64,000 nt of DNA from Fibrobacteria bacterium (GTDB taxonomy: Bacteria; Fibrobacterota; Chitinivibrionia; Chitinivibrionales; FEN-1185): contig JBBIGR010000011.1 of assembly GCA_037447435.1 (NCBI GenBank), positions 1-64,000 on the forward strand, written 5' to 3'. Below, in pieces: positions 28,799 through 38,354 of this stretch; the stretch's first letter is position 1; every line of letters begins with the position of its first letter. Made by a program: the position numbers and the translations under genes. The notes beneath the pieces are model-generated. The model saw only the letters and a program-made list of their open reading frames with translations. It was not told the origin of the DNA and ran no database searches.

Positions 28799-31700
28799 TT
28801 AATTACAGCCATTTTCCAGTACTGTACATATTTTTTCCCTGCAATATCGGCCGCAAGTCTGCACCGATAAACCCCGGGGCCAAAAGTAGCAAGGGATACC
28901 GGTGGTAGTTCGTTATAATCCGGATATGAGCCTGATAATCCTGTTTTAGAAAGGATATGCAGGCCGGAAAGAGAAAAAACATCGAGACGAACATTTGACG
29001 CCGGACCGTTAAATTTGTATTTGAACCAAACCCATTTTCCATCAAAACCTCGGCTATTGGTTGGGTTGGGGTAAGAGAAAAAGGTGATTGGCGCAGTTTC
29101 AGTTACTGTCATACCGGGCAAATCTTTCAAATATGCAAAAGGCCTTGATCCGTCGAATCCCGCTTCTTGCCAAATAACAGAATCCCCGATTACGCTTTTA
29201 TCCAATTTCCACCGGTAAATGAGCCCATTGTTTGAAACGGAAAACAAATCCAAATTGTTTGTGTTGTCGAAATCAACAACAAGGGGAGAGGTGCCGATTC
29301 CGCCGCCGACGCTTAAAGGCCAATCCGAAAACAGTTGATTTGAGCCGATTGTTTTTAAGGGGCGTTTTCCATTTTTATCTATTGCATCGACAAACCCACC
29401 CGGCAAAACCACCGGAGTGACAAGCGAGTCGCCAAATGCTAATGCGGAATCGATATACGATGAGGTTAATCCCGTTATCGTGTCTGTCGTACCGTCTTTG
29501 CGAACAAATGAAATCATGCCTTTTGATTTGTCATAGGAACGTATTTTATCTATTTCAAAAGTCTCATTCTCACCGGTTGGGGATTGATAAATAACAAGCG
29601 GGTCTTTGCCTTTTTTTAGGATCACGGGAGCGCATGTTACATTGCCGCGGAAAAATCTGTTGTCGAGCTGATACGGCCATCCCGTTAACGATACCCCTTT
29701 GTAATTGAGGGCGTAAACGCCCTGAACATCTCCGTAAATAATGTCTAAAAATCCGTCGCCGTTTATATCCGAAAGGGAGACTGGGACAAGGTTTATGGAC
29801 GATTTGCTCCGCACGGACGTGTCGGGAAATTCGGTCCAACCCGGAGCAATCGTTAAATCTTCTTTGTAAACTATTATGCCTTTTCTGCTGTCCGAAACGA
29901 TGATTTCCGGAGCGCTATCGCGATCGATGTCGCCCGACACAATGGAATAGGGGGGAAACCCGTTTTTAATTGAAACGGATCTGGTCGTTTTTAAATCGGG
30001 TATGCTGCAAATCGATAGACGGCCGTTCGATTGAATGCAAACCATACTCTCCGGCCTGCGCGGTAAAACAGCCAATGCATTGACCGGCGATCGTTGCGAT
30101 TCACCCGGTTGTAAATCGATGGACGAAGATACTGATTTGTAATCTCCGATGTTTCCAATGGCGATAAAGCCCGAATCGCAGCCGATAGCCCATTTATTGG
30201 TTGGGGACAGAAGTTTACATACGTTCGTGCTCGGTTGCTGCTTAAAAATCGCATTTGCGGTAGAATCAATCAAAATTGAATTATACCCCGTGCTTGATAT
30301 TGTAAACAATCTCTTGGTTTTGGAAGGAACGATCAGCGAGTCGTCGATCGTGGTGCCAAACGTGAAAACTCCGGGGATCGAATCGTAGCTAATGGGAATT
30401 TTCGAAATTGTGTCGGACGAAAAACTTGAATTGGTATATTTCCCCGGTACACGTGATGCTAAAAACGGATAAAATGAATCTTTGCTTTTAATACTTTTTA
30501 CGGTGCTGGTATCGGACGCAAACGCATAGAATCTTCCGGATGCGGAAAGAACGGAAAACTTCTTTGTGGAACTCGATCCGAATACGGAAGGCTCAAACAG
30601 AGGCTCAGGTAAGGCGTGTTTGGGCCAGCCCTTGGCCAAATAATTCCAATTCACGGCAATCGAAAAACTCTCATTTGAAAAATCCTGAACAAGATTGCCA
30701 TAAATTTTTGAGATTTCTATTTGCTTTGTCGAAGCATTCAAAGGCGAAAACTTTAGTTTTAAATATGTTTGGCCGCCGTCGTTGGCATGTGTTGAAGGCC
30801 TGGACCATTGGTCCATTGAATCTATTAATTTTGTTCCCGTATCGCTTATCGTACGATGCGGAAAAACATCCTCGGCTCCTCCAAAATCAAATACCGGCTG
30901 ATAAAACAGATCTCTTCCCATAATGCCAAGATCCATGATGCCGTCGGCTTCAACAAGGCTTACCGCTTTAAAATTGGAATCTGCATTGAGCAAATCGTTG
31001 TAAAGCCTGTCCCTGATGACATTTTCGTCTATATGCCATACCAAGATGCCGGACGCCGGAATGCCGACGTCGTAATTCGCTGCCGAAACGATGACGTTTG
31101 ATGGACCAACGACCGAATCAACGACTTTAGAGGATTTTAAATTGACCGGCAAGCCCGAACTTATTACCATCGTGTCATGCGATCCCCGTAAGGTGTCCCA
31201 ATTAAAAATAGAGGCATCGGCCGAAAGGTTTCTTTGTCGGTTTTCGATAAGATAATATTCATGGTCGTTCAAGGGAACCTGCAATATCGAGGTGTCGTTT
31301 TTGCCCGCGATGTTGATTGCTTTGACATTGGAAATATTTGATTGGCCGATCCCGATCATTTGTGGCGTGTCCCATCCCATAAATGCTCTTACCCATGCCG
31401 ACGGCCAGGGGGGGATAAATCCGTTAGCAGCGGAATACCCGTAAGGGTCCATGATACAGAATCCGCCGACAGCGGTCATACCGCTGGTGGTGGAATACAA
31501 ATCCGGGATACCAAGCTGGCGTGCAAGTTGATTAACCATAATCCCGTGGATACCGAAATTCAATCCGTCCTGGTTCGATGTTTCGCTGCTCATCATTATT
31601 TCATCAATAAGCAAGGAATCGGTACCGCTGGTGCTTACTTCTATTCCAGGAACCTTCAATCGTAATGTGTCTTTAAAGTAATTGAAAAATTGATTTGTAA

Positions 31701-32466
31701 CAAAAACGTCAATCATGTCAGACGGGGTATTTCTTGCTGCAGACCCTTGACTTCCCCCGTCGGTCAAAAAAGACGCGCCGGCATGTATAATCATGAAAAC
31801 GGTTTTGTGGCCTGCCGAATCGACAATGATACCGTTATTGTTTTTAAGGCCGTAGAACGGGCCGTTCTTGACATCAGCACTTTTTACGGCGTCTTTGACA
31901 AATCGCATTAAGCCGACGGTCTTCCTTGCATAATAATCGTCCCAGGATTCGGACGGCTCCTTATTGCCGGGGGAATAATAGCTCATCGGATTAGGAACAT
32001 TATACATGACATCATTGCCGAGGGGAGGGTACACCGTATATTCAATTTGCAAATTGCCGCGGGATACCGTTGAATAATAATTTTTTAAAAACCTGAGTTG
32101 ATTGGCAAAATAGGCATAGTCATGGGGAAGGCTGTCGAAATGGTAAACAGAATCTTTTAAATAGTATTTTTGCTCCTGTTGATCGTGCTTTACTCCAAAA
32201 AGTCCATCGCCGGTGGTATTGGGGTTATTATCTGCATGAGACGAGTCGAATTCCACTCGGATCGCGATAATATGAATAATATCCGGGCCTGAGGCTGTTC
32301 TTTTAAAAAGAAGGGAACCGTTATGATTTGAAGCATTGTCAACAAGATGCTTTTTGGAATATGACCCTTTTAATTTTGCAAGACCAAATAACGGAGAAGA
32401 AAAGGACGGCGGAGTCGAAAGAAAAATAAAAACCGAAGCGAGTAACAAAACATTGTTTGTTTTCAT
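28795..32466 (-). CDS. Immune inhibitor A (M6) peptidase-like domain lacking HExxH, FG-GAP repeats, T9SS CTD
   Basis: IIAIRVEF, IIHAG, NQLARQLGIPDLY, SAWVRAFMGW, EYYLIENRQ, GILVWHID; DIDRD/DINGDG/DFDNT repeats; FSYPNP..PGVY CTD. Confidence 0.8.
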   Translation of the reverse strand: MKTNNVLLLASVFIFLSTPPSFSSPLFGLAKLKGSYSKKHLVDNASNHNGSLLFKRTASGPDIIHIIAIRVEFDSSHADNNPNTTGDGLFGVKHDQQEQKYYLKDSVYHFDSLPHDYAYFANQLRFLKNYYSTVSRGNLQIEYTVYPPLGNDVMYNVPNPMSYYSPGNKEPSESWDDYYARKTVGLMRFVKDAVKSADVKNGPFYGLKNNNGIIVDSAGHKTVFMIIHAGASFLTDGGSQGSAARNTPSDMIDVFVTNQFFNYFKDTLRLKVPGIEVSTSGTDSLLIDEIMMSSETSNQDGLNFGIHGIMVNQLARQLGIPDLYSTTSGMTAVGGFCIMDPYGYSAANGFIPPWPSAWVRAFMGWDTPQMIGIGQSNISNVKAINIAGKNDTSILQVPLNDHEYYLIENRQRNLSADASIFNWDTLRGSHDTMVISSGLPVNLKSSKVVDSVVGPSNVIVSAANYDVGIPASGILVWHIDENVIRDRLYNDLLNADSNFKAVSLVEADGIMDLGIMGRDLFYQPVFDFGGAEDVFPHRTISDTGTKLIDSMDQWSRPSTHANDGGQTYLKLKFSPLNASTKQIEISKIYGNLVQDFSNESFSIAVNWNYLAKGWPKHALPEPLFEPSVFGSSSTKKFSVLSASGRFYAFASDTSTVKSIKSKDSFYPFLASRVPGKYTNSSFSSDTISKIPISYDSIPGVFTFGTTIDDSLIVPSKTKRLFTISSTGYNSILIDSTANAIFKQQPSTNVCKLLSPTNKWAIGCDSGFIAIGNIGDYKSVSSSIDLQPGESQRSPVNALAVLPRRPESMVCIQSNGRLSICSIPDLKTTRSVSIKNGFPPYSIVSGDIDRDSAPEIIVSDSRKGIIVYKEDLTIAPGWTEFPDTSVRSKSSINLVPVSLSDINGDGFLDIIYGDVQGVYALNYKGVSLTGWPYQLDNRFFRGNVTCAPVILKKGKDPLVIYQSPTGENETFEIDKIRSYDKSKGMISFVRKDGTTDTITGLTSSYIDSALAFGDSLVTPVVLPGGFVDAIDKNGKRPLKTIGSNQLFSDWPLSVGGGIGTSPLVVDFDNTNNLDLFSVSNNGLIYRWKLDKSVIGDSVIWQEAGFDGSRPFAYLKDLPGMTVTETAPITFFSYPNPTNSRGFDGKWVWFKYKFNGPASNVRLDVFSLSGLHILSKTGLSGSYPDYNELPPVSLATFGPGVYRCRLAADIAGKKYVQYWKMAVIK

Positions 32467-32580
32467 ATAAACAATTTAAACTATCCCGTCTGTTGTCAAT
32501 AAACTATTTGTCCGAAAGCCTCAAAATGTGTCCATATAAAATAAGCTGCGCGAAATGCTTAGATTTATATACAGCGACAA

Positions 32581-34965
32581 TTAGAATTTAAATAACATTG
32601 AGGCTCTCCATTGACCGTCGCGAGCTCCGCTGCTGCCGTCGGCAACTATGCCTTTCATAAATCCTTCGGGTGAATGAATAAAAGACCAGTCGAAATTTAA
32701 ATTTCCTATCTTGAAGCCGACGCCCAAGGTTAATTCGTACCGTTGCCCGGCTTTGTCGAACAAGTTTCCGATTCTGAGGGCAAGAAAATTTGCATACCAG
32801 AATTCAATACCTGAACAAACATTGACTTCTGCGAGTTTGTCGTGAAGGGAAGTTGAATTGTCGTTCAGTAATCCGGTAAATATGGCTTTGTAAAACGGAT
32901 CCGGCGGACGGTCATCTTGGTAGTTTTTAACGATTTCACGGTTAAAATCGACCAATAATTTAAGGTCGACAAACGATGTTTGAATTGCCCGGTAGGCAAA
33001 TCCCAGCTTTACGGTAAAAGGAATCGGATCTTGTGAGTTTTGGGAAATATAATAAATTGACGGCCCCATATTTTGCAGGTTTAAGCCGATGTCGAAGTTC
33101 TTTACGAACAGGTTACGTTTTAATAGTCCTGCGTCAATAGCAAATGTTCTTCCCGTACCTTCGTCGCCGCCGCCGATACCGGGGGCGAGTGCGCTGTTTG
33201 CATATTTTACATTGATTCCTGCCGACAAATCTTTGGCTAACGAAATACCGTAAGAAAGGCCAAAAACACCTTCCCAAGAACGGGCACGACCTTTTATTCT
33301 GCCTTCCTCATCGGTCAATTCATTGGTGCCGAAATTGATAAAATTAACTGTGAAGCCGATTGTTCCCCAATCTTCCGTTGGGAAAACGCCCGCGAGATAA
33401 CAGTGCCATAAATCCGGTATTTTAAAAGCAGGCAACAACGATTCATAAAATAAAAGGACTTGATTTTCAGCATAATTATATTGATTTACCGCTTCCGATG
33501 TCGCAAGCCATACATCACGGCCTTGCATGGCAATCCCATGTACATTGTCGCCTTTAATGGCATTTTTAGAATGGAAAACTTTCCATTCAGGAGCCATATA
33601 ATATGAATTTCCTTTTTGATCGGTTTTCAATTTTCCCTGTGTGTAACTAATGGCGCCGTTATTGGTGCCAAGCCAAATAGAACCAGAACTATGTTCGGCA
33701 ATCGACGACACCGTGCTTCCTGGAAATTTATATCTTTTCCAACTTGCCTCATCGTAAATAGCAACGCCGTTTTCTCCGCCGACCCAAACGCGATTTTTTG
33801 AATCGACGAACAAGGTTTTGACCGAGTTGCTCATCAAGCCGTTCGATGTATCAAAAAGGATTTCCGACGAGTCTTTAATTATTGTCAACCCTTTCGACGT
33901 ACCGATAAGAATGTCGTTGTTTTTGTTAAACGCAAGTGCGTTTATAGAAGCGGCCAAAGAGTCGGTTTTCATTTCGATTCTGTTCCATTTACCGTCGGCA
34001 TTTACAATTGCGCCTGCATCGGTTCCCACACCGATATCGCCTCGTTGACTGACGCTGAGGCATGTAATAGCGTTTGAGGGAAGGCCGTCAAGAACCGAAA
34101 AAGGCGTCCAAATCGTACCGTCATAACGGAAAAGGCCTTTTTTCGTACCAACCCATACTCGCTCAAGAGAATCAACAACCAGAGTAGTAACGCTCTCATG
34201 AACGGCAATTGAAAAAGGAATTTTTAATTCGACAAGCTCTTCAAACTCCAAATCTTTTTTTGTGAGTATCAAAGCGATATCATCCGACATTTTGTTTGCC
34301 TTGGAAGAATCTACGCGGCTCGCAATTTTACCGAAAATTTGCGTTGAATTTCTATCGGTTTTAGAAAGTGACATTATGTCGTTTGTCAACTTTTGAATGG
34401 AAGTTTTCTTGGTAGTTAAAAGCGAGTCGGATATTTCATTTTTTAAATAGTTTTCCAGGGATTTAGTTCTGATTTGTTCAATTTTATTAAATGATTTTAA
34501 TTGGGAAACTGCCTGTAAAATAAGGTCTTCATTGTCGGTTACCAAATATTTTTGGGCAATCGACGTTAAATTTTCCCCTTGATTTATCAGGTGTCGTTCA
34601 TAGGATTCCCATACTTTTCCATTGAACCTCACGATCCCGTGATCCGTGCCGGCCCAAATTTTATCACTTCCCCCAAAATCTTTTTTTCGTTTTGAAGCAA
34701 TCGAAGTTAAAATGCTTCCGGTTTGTGCGGAATAAATTTTCCATGAATTTGCCAAAGGATCTTGGCCGAGGCCTGCCGGATTGAAAAATGTTGCGTTGGC
34801 ATCATCTGCAACGGCGGTAAATGCTTCCCCGAGGCCGGTTGCCCGAGCTCCCGGAGGGAAAACAAGAGTGATAACCGCAGATTGGCCGACAGCAAAGGAA
34901 GAGGAATGAAAAAATGCTATGACGGCAAATGAAACGGTTAAAATCTTAAAAAAATTGAATCGCAT
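32581..34965 (-). CDS. PorV/PorQ-family outer-membrane protein with a large inserted two-component-regulator-type beta-propeller
   Basis: PPGARATGLGEAFTAVADDANATFFNPAGL N-terminal motif; WVGT/GLPSN/GLMSN repeats; barrel C-terminus ending in F. Start at the ATG at 34965 (GAGG RBS). Confidence 0.8.
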   Translation of the reverse strand: MRFNFFKILTVSFAVIAFFHSSSFAVGQSAVITLVFPPGARATGLGEAFTAVADDANATFFNPAGLGQDPLANSWKIYSAQTGSILTSIASKRKKDFGGSDKIWAGTDHGIVRFNGKVWESYERHLINQGENLTSIAQKYLVTDNEDLILQAVSQLKSFNKIEQIRTKSLENYLKNEISDSLLTTKKTSIQKLTNDIMSLSKTDRNSTQIFGKIASRVDSSKANKMSDDIALILTKKDLEFEELVELKIPFSIAVHESVTTLVVDSLERVWVGTKKGLFRYDGTIWTPFSVLDGLPSNAITCLSVSQRGDIGVGTDAGAIVNADGKWNRIEMKTDSLAASINALAFNKNNDILIGTSKGLTIIKDSSEILFDTSNGLMSNSVKTLFVDSKNRVWVGGENGVAIYDEASWKRYKFPGSTVSSIAEHSSGSIWLGTNNGAISYTQGKLKTDQKGNSYYMAPEWKVFHSKNAIKGDNVHGIAMQGRDVWLATSEAVNQYNYAENQVLLFYESLLPAFKIPDLWHCYLAGVFPTEDWGTIGFTVNFINFGTNELTDEEGRIKGRARSWEGVFGLSYGISLAKDLSAGINVKYANSALAPGIGGGDEGTGRTFAIDAGLLKRNLFVKNFDIGLNLQNMGPSIYYISQNSQDPIPFTVKLGFAYRAIQTSFVDLKLLVDFNREIVKNYQDDRPPDPFYKAIFTGLLNDNSTSLHDKLAEVNVCSGIEFWYANFLALRIGNLFDKAGQRYELTLGVGFKIGNLNFDWSFIHSPEGFMKGIVADGSSGARDGQWRASMLFKF

Positions 34966-35060
34966 GTCAAAAAACCTCTTTCGCAATGTCTTTTCGTTAT
35001 TTTTAAACCAAGACATTATTTTTAAAAATCCCCTGAACATTTGATAGGGTATAACACGAC

Positions 35061-35645
35061 TTAAACCGGTGTAATTTCCTTCCAATTTGGAAGAGAAACG
35101 AATTCGCCCGGACGCATAAGAGGAAGCATTCCGATTTCGGTTGTTTCGCGCAACTTGTCTTTACCTTGATATTTGCAAAGTTGACAACCGCAACCAAGAT
35201 GGAATGGAGGAATAAGTTTAGGATTTTCGAAAATCTGCTCACGCGTTACAAACCGTCCTTTTGAAATTATTTTTGCACAAACGGGATCATCCCACTTGAA
35301 GTTATAATAATAAAATTCGGTTCCTTCCTTATCTCCGGCTTCGACCTCATTAATATTCGCTTCCATTAAGGAATTCCATTTTGAAAGCAAATTATCTTGT
35401 TGGACACTCGACAAACTTTTAATATTTACGTTTTGATCGCTAAGATATTTCCGTATTTCTTCTTGCGACGGCTTGAAATCACAAATATTATCGCGAGGAC
35501 TTCTTCGTATAATGGAATATATGCCACTTCCGTGGATTATTTGAGAAGGTATATCATCTTCATTTTTAGCCTTATTCATACCGATTCGAACGGCAATAAG
35601 CATCGCTACCAGCAATAACGCAATTCCAACCAAAGCAAGAATCAT
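35061..35645 (-). CDS. Single-TM hypothetical protein with MuF-like C..PPxHxxCxC motif
   Basis: N-terminal TM; DDPVC and PPFHLGCGC; AAGGA RBS before the ATG at 35645. Confidence 0.6.
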   Translation of the reverse strand: MILALVGIALLLVAMLIAVRIGMNKAKNEDDIPSQIIHGSGIYSIIRRSPRDNICDFKPSQEEIRKYLSDQNVNIKSLSSVQQDNLLSKWNSLMEANINEVEAGDKEGTEFYYYNFKWDDPVCAKIISKGRFVTREQIFENPKLIPPFHLGCGCQLCKYQGKDKLRETTEIGMLPLMRPGEFVSLPNWKEITPV

Positions 35646-35734
35646 AGCAAAAATTCCTTTGCCAAATTTATCGCAGTACAATTTAATAAACTAATATGTA
35701 CCATTACGGCAATCAAACTACAAGAAATATGATC

Positions 35735-36940
35735 TTACATACAATTTACAATGACTTTACCAAATTCGGAACATGATACCGTCGTTGCATTTTCCATTAA
35801 CCGTGCAAAGTCGTAGGTCACCGATTTTTTTAAAATTGCTTGTTTTACACCTTTTATGACAAGATCTGCAGCCTCGGTCCATTTCATATATCGTAGCATC
35901 ATTTCGGCAGAAAGAATTAACGACGAAGGGTTCACCTTGTCCAAATTAGCATATTTGGGTGCAGTTCCGTGAGTCGCTTCAAAAATAGCATGCCCCGTGA
36001 CATAGTTGATATTTGCGCCGGGAGCAATGCCGATTCCGCCAACCTGAGCAGCCAAAGCATCGGAAATGTAATCGCCGTTAAGGTTCATGGTTGCAACCAC
36101 ATCAAATTCTTCCGCTCTGGTGAGAGCCTGTTGAAAGAATATGTCCGCAATGCAATCTTTAATAAGGATTTTTCCTTGTTCAGGCTTACCTTTGCAGTCA
36201 TCCCATGAAACAGTTTGGTTGCCGAATTCTTCTTTTGCTATTTCGTAACCCCACTGGCGAAAAGCGCCTTCGGTAAATTTTTGTATGTTTCCTTTATGTA
36301 CAAGAGTAACGCTTTTACGGTTGTTTTCTATAGCGTATTTTATTGCGGCTCGTACTAACCGTTTTGAATTCGTAATGGAAATGGGCTTAATTCCAATTCC
36401 GGAGTCGGCGGCTATATTCCAAGAAAATTCCTGTTTTAAAAACGCCAACAATTTTTTCGTTCCTTCTTTTCCCTGTTCAAGCTCTTTTCCGCTGTAAACG
36501 TCTTCGGTATTCTCACGAAAAATTACCATATCTACTTTTTCAGGAGCTTTAACCGGGGAGGGAACCCCGGGGAAATATTGTACAGGCCGAAGACAAACAT
36601 ACAAATCGAGAATTTGACGTAATGCGACGTTGAGAGATCGGATTCCGGTGCCAACCGGAGTTGTGAGGGGGCCTTTCAACCCGATTAAATAAGTATTGAA
36701 ATTATCTAACGTTTCTTGGGGTAGCCAATTTTGTGTTTTATTGAATGCTTTTTCACCGGCTAATACTTCTTTCCAAATAATAGAACGGGACCCGTTATAC
36801 GCTTTTGAAACCGCTTGGTCGATGACGTGTTTGGTAGAATGCCAAATATCGGGACCGGTTCCGTCACCTTCAATAAAGGGAATGATGGGGTTATTTGGTA
36901 CGGTCAACTTTCCATTCTGCATAACGATTTTTTCATCCAT
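35735..36940 (-). CDS. icd: NADP-dependent isocitrate dehydrogenase (E. coli type)
   Basis: [52 protein letters not shown]. Confidence 0.97.
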   Translation of the reverse strand: MDEKIVMQNGKLTVPNNPIIPFIEGDGTGPDIWHSTKHVIDQAVSKAYNGSRSIIWKEVLAGEKAFNKTQNWLPQETLDNFNTYLIGLKGPLTTPVGTGIRSLNVALRQILDLYVCLRPVQYFPGVPSPVKAPEKVDMVIFRENTEDVYSGKELEQGKEGTKKLLAFLKQEFSWNIAADSGIGIKPISITNSKRLVRAAIKYAIENNRKSVTLVHKGNIQKFTEGAFRQWGYEIAKEEFGNQTVSWDDCKGKPEQGKILIKDCIADIFFQQALTRAEEFDVVATMNLNGDYISDALAAQVGGIGIAPGANINYVTGHAIFEATHGTAPKYANLDKVNPSSLILSAEMMLRYMKWTEAADLVIKGVKQAILKKSVTYDFARLMENATTVSCSEFGKVIVNCM

Positions 36941-37028
36941 GGAAGCGTTCCTTCAGCTTAGTGTATTTAGAAATATTTTTCAATCATAATCAGATAAAAC
37001 GGCGGAAGAAAAAAAATACCATATACCC

Positions 37029-37044
37029 GTATTGATATCAATAC
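37029..37044. promoter_or_regulatory. Perfect 16-bp palindrome in the icd/tRNA divergent region
   Basis: GTATTGATATCAATAC. Confidence 0.4.
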
Positions 37045-37090
37045 AAGATTATACTATCGGGGGATCATATGTTTAATTTCCCGGGAATTA

Positions 37091-37120
37091 TTGACAGGGC
37101 AACCGGAAAAAAAGTATCTT
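37091..37120 (+). promoter_or_regulatory. Sigma70-like promoter of tRNA-Gly
   Basis: TTGACA (37091-37096), N18, TATCTT (37115-37120), ending 13 nt before the tRNA. Confidence 0.65.
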
Positions 37121-37133
37121 AATGTTGGTAATT

Positions 37134-37205
37134 GCGGGAGTAACTCAATGGTAGAGTGTCACCTTCCCAAGGTGAAGGTTGCGAGTTCAACTCTCGTCTC
37201 CCGCT
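37134..37205 (+). tRNA. tRNA-Gly (CCC), CCA not encoded
   Basis: Acceptor stem GCGGGAG/CTCCCGC, discriminator T, anticodon arm TCACC-TTCCCAA-GGTGA, T arm GCGAG-TTCAACT-CTCGT. Confidence 0.97.
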
Positions 37206-37242
37206 AAAAAAAGGCCCCCCAAAACTGGGCGGGCCTTTTTTT
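37206..37242. terminator. Bidirectional terminator between tRNA-Gly and the DUF4340 gene
   Basis: A7-GGCCCCCC..GGGCGGGCC-T7. Confidence 0.88.
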
Positions 37243-37262
37243 ATTGTTGTTGATTGTTTGAG

Positions 37263-38354
37263 TTATTTTTTCTTTCCTAAAGCTTTTTTCTTTACAAGAG
37301 TTGCGGGTTTTGTATCCGGTTTCTTTTCCTCGATGCCTTTTAGGTTGTTTATGCTTCTGTCAATGTTTTCAATGAGATATTTCGACAAAAGAAAAGTCGC
37401 GTTTTTATCCGGAGTCCTGACCCAACGCGTTCCGTCGGATGATTTCTGTTTGCCAAGCACAATCGTTTTTTTCGTGCCATTGTCCAAAGATGCCGTTACT
37501 ATGCAATAGGGTTTTGAAAATCCAAGGCTATCCTCAGAAAGGGAAGCGTTTGATTCAAAATCCATTGCATTTAAGTTCGACATTGCATTGAGGATTTTCT
37601 CGACTTCAGGTTCTTTCACACTGTCTTTTACAGGCGAAATGAGAGTCCATTTGGCTTTTGCGGCGCTATCGGTAGGAGAAGGCGCAGACAGTGCAAGCTC
37701 TATTGTCGTGTCTTTTTTTACAATAGAAACCGATTTTACTGCAGCTTTGTCAAACTTGGCGATAGTTTTATCTTTCCATCTGTTTTTCTCGGCGAAAAAG
37801 CTGTATTTGACACTACCGCTCACCAAATAAACATCATTCGATCCCTTCATCCGGACAAAATTCGAACTCCAATCGGCACCATTCTTTCCAATGTAAAATG
37901 TGGACGCAGGACCTTTGTCGGATACAAGGTCGACCCGAGTTCCCTTTACCGTATCAACTTCCAAATCCGCTTGCTTAGCTACATTTTGGGAAATGAGATC
38001 GTCCTTTTTCATGGACTTTATTTTTTCCAGAACGGTCTGCAACGATGCGCTGTCGGCAGGATATTCATCGGACGATTTGTTCCTTTGCGTAGTATCACTT
38101 GTTAATAACGGGGATTGCGCTGCATCCGCCTTTTTGCCGGAAGTTACAAACCATGCCGTACCATGCCTTACAAGGGTAACCGAGTCGTGTGAATCGCAAA
38201 TGCTTATAGAATTGCATTCGGCCTCGGAAAATTGCGGAAAAAAAGACAATGATTTTTCCGATGGCTGCTTATTGCTTAGTTGATTAGAAATAACAATAAT
38301 GCCCACTATGACAACGAGAATAATGGCCAATAAAGGTAGTTTTTTCATATTCAT
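37263..38354 (-). CDS. DUF4340-domain protein (accessory to the Gld-type ABC system)
   Basis: N-terminal TM; YPAD, FYIGK..FVR..VYLV..WKDK; duplicated domain; last gene of the ABC operon. Confidence 0.82.
   Translation of the reverse strand: MNMKKLPLLAIILVVIVGIIVISNQLSNKQPSEKSLSFFPQFSEAECNSISICDSHDSVTLVRHGTAWFVTSGKKADAAQSPLLTSDTTQRNKSSDEYPADSASLQTVLEKIKSMKKDDLISQNVAKQADLEVDTVKGTRVDLVSDKGPASTFYIGKNGADWSSNFVRMKGSNDVYLVSGSVKYSFFAEKNRWKDKTIAKFDKAAVKSVSIVKKDTTIELALSAPSPTDSAAKAKWTLISPVKDSVKEPEVEKILNAMSNLNAMDFESNASLSEDSLGFSKPYCIVTASLDNGTKKTIVLGKQKSSDGTRWVRTPDKNATFLLSKYLIENIDRSINNLKGIEEKKPDTKPATLVKKKALGKKK

Noticed and set aside
37134..37260. tRNA-Gly as an integration site for a mobile element
   Set aside because: No integrase nearby, and no duplicate of the tRNA 3' end was seen in the window.
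37156..37509. 117-aa plus-strand ORF in the track
   Set aside because: It starts inside tRNA-Gly, crosses its terminator and is antisense to the DUF4340 gene, so it is spurious.
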